From positions 1,674,001 to 1,738,000 of the forward strand of contig CM052851.1 in NCBI GenBank assembly GCA_028534125.1: a stretch of DNA of 64,000 nucleotides, read 5' to 3'. This DNA comes from Lama glama (lineage: Eukaryota). Of the stretch, positions 24,301 through 36,709 are shown in pieces. Numbering within the stretch: position 1 is the first letter of the stretch; the number at the start of each line of letters is the position of its first letter. Below the pieces are notes generated by a model. The model worked only from the letters and a program-made list of their open reading frames with translations, was not told the DNA's origin and did no database searches. The position numbers were made by a program, and so were the translations under genes.

Positions 24301-27069
24301 TGCCTTCCCTCCGATGGGCCACAGCAGCGGCTCGCTTACACCTAGGCGTGCGACGCCGGCCCCGCCGTGCAGCGGCGGCCCACAGACCACCAGGCTCACA
24401 GCGCGGGGCGCGGCGGCGTCACTCCACGTGGGCTGGGAGGGTGGTCCCCGCGGCCCCTCACTCAGGCACCTTAATTCCAGAGGCCCCACGCGGGCTTTAG
24501 GCCTTTGAGTCTGGGGTCTGAGGCTTATGGAGACAGGCCCCTGCCCCCGGTGCTCTGAGTCAGTCTGCCCAAAGGGCCTTACAAGGTCAGCCGCTCCCCA
24601 GAACAGGACTCCTAGGTGGAGTGGGCCCGCTCATTTCCCAGCCACCTCCTGGCTTGCCAGGGGCTAGGCCATCGCCTGGGCCGAGCCGAATGCCCTCTGT
24701 GGACAAGCCTGCGTGAGTCCTGCCCCCCTCTCCATCAGCCTGCACACTCTGGGCCTCAGTCCGCTTCTAGGAGAGTCACGGTGGGGCTTGCTCTAGCCCC
24801 CTCTGGCCCCCACCCATCCAGGGGATGAGAGAGTAGAGAAGGGTGCTGGGCCAGCCTCTAGCAGGTCTGCGTCAGTGGTAAGGCATGGTCACTCGCCCTG
24901 TCTCACTCCCTCACTTCTGGGGCTGCCTATACCCTCCTGAGAACACAGCTGTGCCCACCCATCCTGTCCCCCCAACCCCCCAACCGGCTCCAGCCTGACT
25001 CTGTGACCCTCAGGTCCTCTGACGCATGGATGCGAGGAACATCCTCACCCCAGTAGTGACACTGGCTTGGGGGGCCGGACCCCAGACCACACTGCAGTCT
25101 GCCTGGCTGGGGGAGGCACACACTTGTCAGTGGGGCAAGGGCACCTCAACCCCTGACTGTGAGACCTGGACCCGCACGTGCAGAGCCCCTCCTGCCAAGT
25201 TTCTGTGATTACTCTGGAACAATCCCCACCAACAGATACCCTTGCCCGCCCCCAGCACAGGGCCTCCTGCGCAGCCCCTGAACAGCAGCTCCCAGCCCGG
25301 GCGGCACGTTCCTGCAGGGACAGCTGCTGTAACCGGGTCGCCAGCCCGGCTGCCAGCACTCTCCATGTGAGCACATCTGCTCTTAGGCCGAGCTCTGGGC
25401 TGCACAGGACCTTCTGTGCCAAATATGGGTCCCTGCTTGGACGGCAAACCCGTGTTAGAGGCTGGGATGTCCTACCCAGCCCCGTTTTCAGTCTGGACCA
25501 TTGGCTTCCAACTACAAAAGTACATCCTCTCTGGAGCAAGCCCCCCTCTGCCCACCCCCACAGAACAAGCAGACGGCCTCAGGCACAGCTCCCGCTGGCC
25601 AGTGTCTGCGTTCCCACTGGCACCGTCAGCGCAGGCCCATGAGGGCCCTTGTGACCCAGGGCACATCTGCTTCATCCTCCTGGGGAGTGAAGGTGAGGAC
25701 CAGGGCCAGGCCTGGCTTAGGGAGGCAGGGCCGGTAGCTTGGGGTGAAGACCTGGCAGTCTCAGCTCTAGGAGAAGAGGGTCCCAGAGAGTGACACGGAC
25801 GCCATGAGGGGAGCGCATCACAGACTGCAGGGGAGACAGCTGAGGCGGGACTTGTCCATCAGGTGCAGGCTGCAGGGAGTGCTGGGTCCCCAGGCCGCAT
25901 GGCCTTGGGTTGAGAGCGGGGACAATCTGGCCAGCGTGCGGCTGCCCTCAGTGCTACACTCCGCAGAAGGCTCTGGTAGGTGGAGACACACCCTTGGGCC
26001 TCCTGCACTGGATTTGAGAGCTGTCCTGGGGACCTGGGACTGTTTGTGCAGTCCTCTCCCTGACACGCTTAACACAGCCTCCTGGGTGTCCTTGGTCTCC
26101 TGACCCCTCTCAGGGAGGCGTGGCTGGAGGGGGAGGAGCGGGTCCCTTCCCTATTCTTCTCGAGCCCTCGCCAGATCTGTGGCCTTCCCTCCCCAGCCAG
26201 GTCCCAGTGCCAGTAGACAGCAGGTCATGGGGAGACTGAGGACAAGGGCCTCCTGGCGTCCCTGGCCATGCTCTCCAGGCCCCCTGCCCTGCCTCAGCAG
26301 GCTCCAGCCCAGACCCTGATTCCCAAGGCGCCTCAAAAGCCAGAGTCGGGGTGTCCTGCGGAAGTCCTGGTGGGATGGAAAATCCCCAGCAGTCGGGCGC
26401 AGGCTGAGCCGTGACACTGCTCTCCTCCGCCTGCTGGGGGTCAGCCGGCCGCCGCTTCCTGCTTCCCTTTGATGTCTCCCGTGTGAGGGAGGGCCCAGGC
26501 GCACACACCCGTTCAGCTGCAGCGAGGAGTCTGTGCTTCTGGGGCCTGGGTGTGCTAGGGTCAGGCAGGGGACCCGGTGGGGCGGGGGAGGGAGGCCAGG
26601 TGGAAAAACCCCAGCCTCAGCAGAGAGCTCCTGAGAGAGGGGGAAGGAGGGCTCTGTCCTGAGCCCACCGAGGGCACGTCCACTCTCCCACCTGGGCTGT
26701 CCGATCTGGGAGGGAGGTGCCAGGACGAGCCTCTGTCTAGACGAGGAAACTGAGGCCTCTGGACAGTCCAAGCACCACCACTCAAGCAGCCTCCTCAGGC
26801 CCCCGCTCACATCTGGGGCATCTCCCAGGTTTCAGCAGTTGCTGTCATTTGCCAGCCCTGGCCCCGATCTGTGTGTGTCCTCCCCAGGGCACAGGATGAC
26901 ACCAGGCGTGGGCTCCAGCTCCACGTGGCGGCCGGAGCTCACACAGCCAGGTCTGCTGGCCCTAGTACCACGGCTCCCCGTGCTCACTGCTGGCCAGGCA
27001 GGCGTCTTCCTGAACACTGGGGCAGAGTTGGTCCTTTTACCAGTCCAACAACCCCAAGAGGTACCTGCT

Positions 27070-27180
27070 GATTTTAATTTTGGTTCACAGATAAGGAGAA
27101 TGAGGCAAAGAGAGATTACGTTCCCTGCCCAGTGACACACACCTCATTTGAGCTAGAACTGGGATCTAAATCGGGTGGCC
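27070..27180 (-). mobile_element. MIR fragment
   Basis: TTCACAGATAAGGAGAATGAGGCAAAGAGAG...CTAGAACTGGGATCTAAATC. Confidence 0.6.
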
Positions 27181-28799
27181 TGGAGCTGCCATTTGGTCCT
27201 GCCACATCACACTTCATATTCCACTATCCCCCAAGAGCCCATTGGGTCCAGGCCCCCTGGAGAGGTGCCCAAGGCGGAGAGGGCAGGCCAAAGGTCATGC
27301 AGCAAGGTCTGGATCTGAGTGGGTGGGGTGGGGGGCTCCCTCCACCTTGGGGATTGGGGAGCGTGTCAACTCTCTAGAAGAGCCCTAAGAAAATGGCAGG
27401 GCATGAGCAGAAGAGCCAGGGCTGCAGGGCCCAGGATACAGGGGTACCTGCCACCAGGTTCTGAGGGGCAGTTACCCCTCCCCGCAGCAGTGGCTCATGT
27501 GCCCGGGAGCAGGGTGGTCTGGCCCCTACCAGCCTGTGCAGGAGGGCCTCTGAGACTCTGAGGAGAGAAGCTGTGGAGATGCAGGTGGCTGGGGAGGTGC
27601 CTCCCCCCTGCTTTAATGTTCAAACAGCTCAGCCTGCTTCCTTTGATGCAGGGGGTTAGACCGAGTGGCTTTGAAGTCAGCCCTTGGGGGATGTTCCTAT
27701 CAGCCCCTGCACAGATGATCTCCCACCCGACCCTGGGACTCAATGCCACTCACTGGATGCCCCACCCCTTACAGCGTGGAGCCTTTTTGGTGGCCTTGGG
27801 AAGAGAGGGCAAATGGGGAGAGTGGAGGAGGGGCAGCCCTGCCAGTACACCGGCCCCTAAAACCCCCTACCCTCTGCTATGCTTCTGCCCAGGCCCTGGT
27901 GCCCCTCGGCAAGCCCTAGCCGGGAAGGTGTCCACAGAACTACCCTCCCTCCTTAGCTCAGAAGGAGCCTCGCCACCGCCCAGCCAGTGTCCCCAGCGTG
28001 TTCCACCCCACAGCCCCAGATCTGCTCCCTCGCCTCATCTGCCAGCCTGGGAGCTCACAGAGGCACACCCCATCTGACGGCCCTCATGTCCCAGCACTGG
28101 GCCTGCACAAGGGGGACCGAATGAATGATGAATCAATGAATGATGGAGAAATCTATTAGCAGGGGTATCTCCTGGATTCTCAGACATCCAGACATTTCAG
28201 GAACAAAAGAAGCCAGCAAGTAGCCTGCAGGCCTGGCAGCAGGAGTGGGAGGGACAGTGGGATGAGTGGCCTGCCAAGGGGGCCAGGGTCAGGTGAGTGG
28301 CTGCTGGGGGCAGCTGCCCTTTGCACTCGCGTGGGGCACAGTCCCATTGGGAAGCTGGTTGGAGGGGTGGCATTAGGCTCCCAGGTAGCCCATGGAGGAA
28401 GGGAAGTGATACCTTAGTGGGGTGGCGCTCGGCCCTCCCACATGCCTGGCCATGGCCTTGGGTATCTCTCTGGGCACCCCCTCCCATATATACAGGGAAG
28501 GCCTCCTGGGTGCCTAGGCTGCCTTCCCCCACAGCGATGGCAGTGGTGGGCCTCAGCGTGGCCCAGAGCCGGGCTGACCTTTGCCCATGTACAGGCTGAG
28601 AAGGCATGAGCTCTAAGGGCTGGCCCTGCCTCTCCTCCCCTCTCTCAGCCTGGCTCTCCCATGAGCTGAAAGTTGGAAAATGACTCTCTTCCAAGGTTAA
28701 GACAAGGAGTTGGACAAAGGCCTGTAGCCCTCCCCAGCCCTGAGGGGACAGGGAGGGCTGGTCTCCCCAGAGACAGGGCTAAATTCTGTGTCAGTGCTC

Positions 28800-28945
28800 A
28801 GTGGCCTCTAGCAAGTCACCCCATGTGGCCAAGCTGCTCTTTGCTGCCTCTGCACATGTGGGCAGTACCTCCCTCCTTGTGTGGCTGTTATAAGGATTGA
28901 ATACAGTTGAACGTGATGAAGTTAAGGTGCTGCACAGTTAAGGAG
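28800..28945 (+). mobile_element. MIR fragment
   Basis: GCAAGTCAC...GTACCTCCCTCC...GGCTGTTATAAGGATTGAAT...AAGGTGCT. Confidence 0.5.
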
Positions 28946-30143
28946 CACTGGTGCTGCTGGCGTGGCTGTTTTGCGGGCGTGTGACACATCTGTACTAGGA
29001 GGGCGGTCTCCATCCCTGAGAATAGCAGGGGTCCCGGGGCTGCATGTGTGGCCATGTGAGAGCAGGGCCAGGCCCTGGGCGCTGGGAACAGCCACTGGGC
29101 TCGAGAGGGGCTCCGCCTTCATCATGAAGAAGGTGCCACAGGGGTCAGGGGCTGGGCAAGAAGTGACATGAGAGAGGACAGAACCCCTGGGCCTGTCGAG
29201 GTGTGAGTCACAGGCTGGGTGCATACGTTTTAGTGGATAAATCAGTGGGTGTGTGTCAGGGCAGGTGGGTGCAGGGAGCATCGGCTAGAATTTCTGAGCA
29301 GTTTTCCTCCCATCCCTCGAGCTGTGCGGTGAGTTCGGCCTGGCAGGCAGGGGTCAAAGGGAGACTGGGCGTCAGGCTGTGAGAACACAGTGCACATGGC
29401 CCTGGATCCCGGGCTGCCACCTTCCCACTGCTGGGGTTGGTCTCTGGGGGCTCCAAGCCTCTCTCTGCTCCCGTCCAGGTTCTGTGGGGTTTGGGTCTCA
29501 GCTCCTTTAAGCCAGCCTCAAAGGTTCATCTGGGATACACGGCCATGCGCTAAAGTCCACTGCGCTGGGATGGAGGGCAGAGGCTCTGGGGTGAAGTCCT
29601 GTCTTAGGCATCAGAACAAGCTGGACGAGGGGGGGACGGGGAGCCTCTGTTCTGGATGCGCGCAGATTCCGCGACACCAGGGGGTGGGGGCTGTGCAGAG
29701 TCCCTCTCAGGGCCTTTTGGGAGGGGCACTCAGCTCAGCTGCGTTTAAAAATTAGCAAGCGGAGGAGTGAGAGGCTCTGCAGTTAACCCCTTTTGAGCCT
29801 TTGAAGCCTGTTTGAAGGTTAATCAGGAGGGCTGAGCTGCAGGGCTGCTGCCGCCCCCCCGCATGCTTTCCCGGTCCCTGGTCCCCGGCTGCGTCTCTGG
29901 GTCTGAGCACTGAAGCCAGAAACTGCTGTCTGCGTGGGGTCTGCTGAAGCCCCCTGCCCCCTCCAAGACTCTCATGTTGACGGTCGCTTTGTTTTCTCAT
30001 CTCAGCCTATTCAAGGCCATTTTTCAGCTTGCTGGCTTTGCGTTAAGGTTGGGGGGATTTTCCGCCCTTCCGAGGTTATGAAATAGCTCAGCAAGGCCGA
30101 GCCCCACCCCCCAGCGGGCAGCAGCCCAGCTCCCCCCCCCCCC

Positions 30144-30243
30144 NNNNNNNNNNNNNNNNNNNNNNNNNNNNNNNNNNNNNNNNNNNNNNNNNNNNNNNNN
30201 NNNNNNNNNNNNNNNNNNNNNNNNNNNNNNNNNNNNNNNNNNN
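30144..30243. other. Assembly gap (100 N) preceded by a C12 run
   Basis: Seen directly. 100 N is a common placeholder for a gap of unknown size. Confidence 0.99.
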
Positions 30244-30309
30244 GCCTGGCCTCTGCAGGGGCCATGACTCTCAGGGGCAGGTGACTTTCCCACCTTCCTG
30301 GTCTCCTGG

Positions 30310-31320
30310 CCTTCCTGCACCTGTCTGGCTCTGTCCTCAGTCTCCTTTGCAAACTCTCCCTTCTGGCCTGGCTGCTAATATCGGAGATCCTCGGGGCCTC
30401 TCCGGGGCTGGCTTCTCTTCTCTCTCCAGTTTCCGAGTTGCTCCCCTGGCACCTGCAACTCCCGGCACTGTCTGTGGGTCCCTGATTCCCAAACATGTCT
30501 TCAGCCTCGCCCTCCACCCTCCAGACCCACGTTCCCGTCACCTGCCTGACAGCTTCCTCTACAGCATCTGTCATTCCACACTCCACACCCCAAGGCGCTT
30601 TTTCTCCAACAGCAAAGGTCCCTGCCACCCTCCTGGGAGCCATGCAAGCCAGAAACCCTAGAATCATTCCCACCACTTCCTTTTCTTAGCTGCCTGTGTC
30701 AGTCCAACACCACGCCAGGCTGCTTTCACCCCGGTATCTCCAGATGACTTCTGCTCCCCCCGTTCCATTCCCCACTGCCCTGTGGCAGGCCACCGCCTCT
30801 GGACACTGCAGTTGTGTCTGCCCTCTCCCACTACATTCTTCACTCAGAGGAAGGAGATCCTTTCAGAATGCGAACCCCACTGTGTCACTCCCTGCGTGGG
30901 ACCTCTCAGTGGCTCTTGGCACTCGGAGCAAGGCCAAAGTCCTCAGCGGCAGCATGGCCTGCCTGGCGCGGCCTGCACCTGCAGCTCTCTCCTCGTGCTG
31001 TAGGCGCCTGGCCTCCTTCTGACCCTTTGGCTCAGGGGCTCTCTCCACCAAGGGCCCTTGGCCGGCAGCTCTCAGCCTGCCTCTCCTCACCTTCCCCGAG
31101 GGAACTTCCAGGACTTCACTCTAATTCCCGGTACAGCCCCTGATCCAGGTGGTTCCTGTTACGAACCTCCTGCCTTCCCACCTGCAGAGCACTCCCCTTG
31201 GGGTGCAGTGAAACACCCATCCACACTCTGGGTCGTGTCTGCCCCTCTAGACCACAAGTCCCACGAGGGCAGGGGCTGCTCAGTTCCTGCTCCGACCAAA
31301 CCCCTACTGCCTGGTGAGTT
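30310..31320 (+). mobile_element. L2 LINE fragment
   Basis: Pyrimidine-rich, with CCTCCAGACCCACGTTCCCGTCACCTGCCTGACAG and the L2 3' motif CTAGACCACAAGTCCCACGAGGGCAGGGGC. Confidence 0.7.
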
Positions 31321-31509
31321 TTCAACGGAGATGTGTTCAACAGCCAAATCTGTAAAATGGGGCCATGATTGCCCCCCTGCCTCTCAGACAGATCTCGCTG
31401 CCTGGAAAAGTGCTGTGTAGATGGCAGGACACTGCCCAGGGTCAGCCTCACGCAGCCTGTCTCACTGGCGGCCACGGCCTGCACGTGCGCGCGGGGAGGG
31501 CCTGCTACA

Positions 31510-31527
31510 GCCCCCCAGAGGGCGCAG
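31510..31527 (+). promoter_or_regulatory. Candidate CTCF site
   Basis: CCCCCAGAGGGCGC (31512-31525) matches CCASYAGRKGGCRS at 13/14 positions. Motif only. Confidence 0.4.
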
Positions 31528-32837
31528 GGCGCAGGCCCCAGAGCGGTGAGCCTGCGGAATGCAGGAACAGGCGCTCCCCTGTGGAGAGGGGAGAGGAGAG
31601 AGGATCCCACTGGGCCACACTGGGAAGTGGCTCCCCACTCTGTAAAAGTAATTTGCTCCAAGACTGCTTCCTGTCACACCATCGCGTGGTCCTCACTTTT
31701 GCCCTCCTGGACACTCACACTCAGGCACACGTGGTCTGGCTCTTTGCTCCAATCAGTCCCTCTTCCGGGAGGGTCCCATGTTACAGCCCAGGGTTACCTA
31801 CGTGGCCACTAGACTGACGCGCTCAGGTGCACGCCCGCCACAGCTCACCTGGGCGCCTGGCAGCCCTGGCCCTTTCACCCCCCACCGTGCCCGCCTCGAA
31901 ACCCAGTCAGAGCCTTAGTGGGGGCCCAGCCTGCCTGGGAGCGGCCTGAGTGGCTGGGCCTGGGCCCAAGCTGGGCACCGGCCCCCCAGGGAGTCACTAT
32001 TCTCTGACACTAATTGCTACAATTAGCAGGAGAAAGGGCTGTTAGATCAGTTTCTCCTCCGGGCTGCAGCCTGGCTGCTGGGGAGGGTGAGCCCAAGCCC
32101 AGGGCTTTTTCAAACAGTAAAGATTCTTCTATAAACGAGGCCACATTTAAATTGCAAACAAGGGCCTCGCCCAGCCCAAGAAAGGCTCCTAGAGAAAGGC
32201 TTTAGTTCTGCAGATGGGGCGGCTCAGGAGTGGGTACATGCTCTGGTCTCCTAGGCCTTCCTGGCTGATCTGATCAAAACTCTGGGTGGACCCAGTCTGG
32301 CCAGGGCCAGCCGGCACCGAGGAATGTGGCAATGGCTGAGGAAGGAAGGACAGTGTTAGAGGCCACTCCCGCCCCCTCCCCCCACCGCAGGCCTGCTTTG
32401 AGGCCCCCTCGGATGCCGCCACCTCCTAGGGCTTATTGCAAACCTTCTGGATCTGCTGTCCAGCGAGATCCACTCCCTCGTCAGTCCGTACTCACTGGAG
32501 AAGGTGAGCAAGACCGCCCAGCCTCTATCCAGGCCACCGCTACTTCAGACAAGCCAGAGGCGCCTGTGCTGGAAGCGGCCTGGGGACTGCAGCTGAAAGC
32601 CAATTCCAGCTATAGGCCCAAGTGGCGGCCCATGGCCTCGGGCCTAAGGCACCCACCAGCCTTGAAGTGCGCCGCTGGCCAGGAAAGGGGGCGCTCCAAC
32701 TGGCCAGGCCTAGGTCAGGGCCTTTCTCACTGAGAGGGTGAGCTGTGGGTGCTGGATGTGGCAGGGTGCAGGCCGGGGCTTGCTTTGTTTAAAGAGCCAG
32801 AACAGAGATCATCCCAGTCCCCAGAGATGGTCTCAGA

Positions 32838-33050
32838 CAGTGGTCCTCACCTGGGGTGCCCCCCTGGAGAACATGTGGCAATGTCTGGAGACATTTTTGA
32901 TTATCAGAACCGTGGGAGTGCTACTGGTGTCTACTGAGTAATGGCCAGGCAACCTGTTAAACATCCTACGACACAAAAAACCGCCTCCCCTCCCCACCAA
33001 CAAAGAGTGATCTGGCCCCAAATGTCATCAGCGTGGCATGAGAACCCTCG
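32838..33050 (+). mobile_element. MER20 (hAT-Charlie DNA transposon), near full length
   Basis: CAGTGGTCCTCA...GGCAATGTCTGGAGACATTTTTG...GTGCTACTGG...TAAACATCCTAC...CAAAGAGTGATCTGGCCCCAAATGTCA...TGAGAACCCT is collinear with the MER20 consensus. Confidence 0.9.
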
Positions 33051-33129
33051 GTCTGAAGGGCTGGGATCGTGACATGCTGCTTACTGCACTGCCTCCTGAA
33101 AATGGATGCACTTCCCTGGCCTGGCCTCC

Positions 33130-33620
33130 TCCTTCATTCAACGAATCAATGAAGCCATTCAGCAGAAATGCATGACGTACCACCGTGCGCAGACCCTGCA
33201 GGGAAGACAGACACGCTCTCGCAGGGCCTCCCTTCCTGGGGAGGAGGCAGGCAGGCAACAACTAAGTAGATGCCTAAGGAACTAGAAAGTGCTGCGGTGT
33301 AGTCTGTGGTTCTAGAAGCTTGAAACATAGTGCTGACCTAGCAAATGACTGAAGGGGCCAACTGAAATGGCGGGTCAGAGGAGGTCTGCCTGACAAGCAG
33401 CATTTCAGGTGAGACCTTAAGGATGAGAAGGAATTGTCATGGGAAGGGCAAGCCGAGCAGAAGTAGCTGGTGCAAAGGCCCTGAGGCATTTGGCTGGTTT
33501 GAGAAACAGGCAGAAGGCTGGTGTGACAGGAGCTCAGTGAGAAGGAAGGACAGCGGGTAAGGCAGATCTTGTAAAACCTGATGGAATTTAAATTTTATTT
33601 CCTAAAAATAGATGCTACTA
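33130..33620 (-). mobile_element. L2 LINE 3' fragment
   Basis: CATTCAACGAATC...CATTCAGCAG tail, CATTTCAGGTGAGACCTTAAGGATGAGAAGGA, GTGCAAAGGCCCTGAGGCA. Confidence 0.8.
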
Positions 33621-33749
33621 GAGGGTGCCTGGCGGGGGAGGGACACTCACTCATTCATTCTTGGCTTTTGGGACTCTCCTGCATAAGACATAGGGCTAAT
33701 CACAGCCCTAAGTTGATGAAACCCTGTCACCCTGTAAGGGTCTGTGGGA

Positions 33750-36340
33750 GGCGTCCCTCTGTTCCTTTCTGTGCTTTTCCGTTTAGTCCCCTTCTCCACC
33801 CCTGCTTCTCTCCCACTATAGACAGCTGCTCCAGTGTAATTTATTTCTGTCCTTGTGCACATGTGCCCTGGTGGTGCATGGAGTATCTTCTAGCATGTCT
33901 GGGTGGTGTGTAATTTTAACTTAAATACAGAGCCGTGTACCAAGGCCCTCGTTCCGTTCAGTATTTGTGTCCCTCGGTGCCGTGTCCACAGGTCTCCATT
34001 TTGTGAAGTGGACGGCTAGTCCTCCCCGCAGTGCCAGGTTGCAGTCCCCACTCCGGTAGGCGGGGCCGCACCGAGCGTGCACACACACAGCCCCCTCGTT
34101 GCTCTGGTGAGTTGGGCTCTAGCTGTTCACCAGGAGGGAAACTGCCAGGCTGCAGGTATTAAACATTCCATCTGAGGAAGAAGCCCCGGATGGCCGTCCA
34201 GACGCCAGCGCCTGCGGCGAGCCGCTGGCAGCGGCCGGGGGGGTGGGGGGGGCCTCCTGCGTCTCCGCCGGTGCCTGGCGCTGGCCTCCTTTCTAGTTCT
34301 TCTCCTGTGAGGAATACCTGTTGCTTTCGTTTGCATTTCTCCGATTACTAACGAGCTTGAGCATTTTTGTATGCAGTTGTTAACCCCCCTACCAATTGCC
34401 AAGTAACGTCTTTTGCCCACTTTTCTTTTGGGCTTCCCACCTTTTCCTTACTGATTTGCAGGCCTTTCTAGCATATTCTAGCTGTTGTTCCCTTATCAGT
34501 TTTAATTGTTTCAAATATCTTGTAATTTGTCATCTGTAACCTGGGCAGAGTCACATAACTGAGAGTGGAAAAGGCAAGCGACGTCTTAGCAGTACTGTGA
34601 AAATAGTTTTGACCTTTGCCACAATGGATTTATTTAACAGAGATACTTAATTTGCATGTATTCAAGTTCAGAAGTTTTAGTCTTGAGGTTTGTGCTTTCT
34701 GGGTATTGTTTAAGGGCCCCAGGCCACTCTGGGTCATAAACTTATTTTTCAGTTTCCCCTACTAAACAAATGTCAAGAACTGTTTACTTGTAAATCTTTA
34801 AGTCCCTTTGGAGCCTGCTTTTCTAGGGATAGGAATCCACTTCATATTTCTGCATTTCGAGCTAATTTTCCTAATATGATCCTTTAAGAAGTCCCCTTAG
34901 ATATGTGGTGCCTCCTTTATCTCATGCCACCTTCCTCTAGGTGCAGGGCTGCCTCTGAAGTCTCTTTGGGCCCCTGTCCCCGACTGCTCCCACTACTGAG
35001 GCTTGGGGTGTGCCCCAGGGTCTGCAGGTACAAGGCCTTCTCTGTTCTCCTTTTTCAAAGTTCACTTGGTGTTTGTAGATCTTTTTCTTTCACATACACT
35101 TTAGAGTATGTTTGTCAAGTTCCTCAAAAGCTCCAACTGGAAATTTAAGCAGAGTTGTACTGAATTTACAGATTTGGAGAAACCTGACATCCCTCTAGTG
35201 CTAAACTGCCCCATCCAAGAGAACAGAATATCTCTCCATATCAAAAGATCTTTCTTTATATCCTTCAGTAAAATTTAAAATTTTTCTTCATAAAAGTCTT
35301 TTTCATTAATTCCTGGGCCTGATATAAATTTGGCTGCTACTCTGATTGCTACCTTAGTTTTTATTACGCTCTTTAGTTACTCATTACTGGCATAAAAAAA
35401 ATGCTTAGGAAGGTGTTAATCTTATATCCAAAAATTTTGCTTAAGTCTTTTTTCAGTTATAAAAGCTGAATTTTTTTTTCATGTAGCTCAGTAGTTTTCA
35501 AAGTGCGGTCCAAGGACCCCAGAGAGCCCCTGAGACTCTTTCTCAGGGTCCAAACCATTTTCCTGACAATACTCAGCTATCACTTGCCTCTCCTGTTTTC
35601 ACTCTCATAAAGTTAAAGAGTTTTCCAGAGGCAGCTTGATCCCACTGGAATATGTGCTTATGTTGTCCTGTGTTTTAAGTGTTTCTCAGTTTTAACTTCT
35701 AAGAAGGTAACTATCAACAGATATAACCCATATTAACAAAAGCTCTTTGGGGACCTCAATAACTTTTAGGAGTACAAAGGGTCCTGAGACCAAAACATTT
35801 AAGAACCCTCATACAAACAACCTATCTTACGATCAGCAGGGTTTTTTTTCTTTCTCTCTTCATTTCCTTTTCTTGTGTTAGAGGGTAGCCAGGATGGCAT
35901 CCTAAGTGAACTTCTTATCTTAAAGGAACGGATACACTTTTGGTCTCTCTGTTAGGTTTGCTGAAAAGTAAAGTTTTTGTGTATGACTTGTATCAGGCTA
36001 AGGGAGTTCTCTTCTAGCTGTGGATGGCTAAGTGGTGCCCACCCCCAATCACACAAAGGCATTAAACGTTATCATATAGTTTTTCCGCCTCTATTGAAAG
36101 AACCATTTGGTTTTTCTCCTTTAGTCTCTTAATATGGTGAATCACACGGATAGAGTTTCTGATACTGGATCATCTTTGCATTCTGAGGAGAAAACCCACT
36201 TGTTTAAGAATTGTTTAATATACTGTTGGATTCAGTTAGCTAACACTGTAGTACATGGGACTTCTGCATCTATGTTCATAGGAGAAATAGTTCGTAATTT
36301 TCTTGTGCTCTCCTTATTTGAATTTAGACATGCTTTGATT
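33750..36340 (-). mobile_element. Ancient L1M fragments interrupted by hAT elements
   Basis: GTTTGCATTTCTCCGATTACTAACGAGCTTGAGCAT, TTGTACTGAATTTACAGATTTGGAGA, GGTGAATCACACGGATAG, ATACTGTTGGATTCAGTTAGCTAA, TGCATCTATGTTCAT. Confidence 0.75.
35489..35810 (+). mobile_element. Non-autonomous hAT-Charlie DNA transposon (subfamily uncertain)
   Basis: TIR-like ends CAGTAGTTTTCAAAGTG and CATTTAAGAACCCT. Internal GATATAACCCATATTAACAAAAGCTCTTTGGGG. Confidence 0.75.
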
Positions 36341-36709
36341 CGCAATTTAAAAAGATCCCTCTAGCTGGAGCATAAATCCTGAAACAGACCCACTTTTCTC
36401 TTTAGCATGTTTGGAAACACATTAAAATAGGGCCGTAATCAAGCAACCCAATCCTTAAATTTTTCTCCTAGCGAGTATCTGGAAAACAGGTGCAGAAATG
36501 GATCATTTGAGACACCATAGAAATCGGGTTAATCCTGCCTGCCTGCTTTCCTTCAACAAGCATTGCCTGAGCAAGGCTGTGTATCAGGCTCCCGGCTAGG
36601 TGCGGGGCAGGCGGCAGAGGACAAACCGGGAAAGTCCCCTCTGGGAGCTCTCTGCCCACACAGGCGAGGCCGCAAGGAACGGGACTGGGAAACACACCTC
36701 AAAGGTGAA

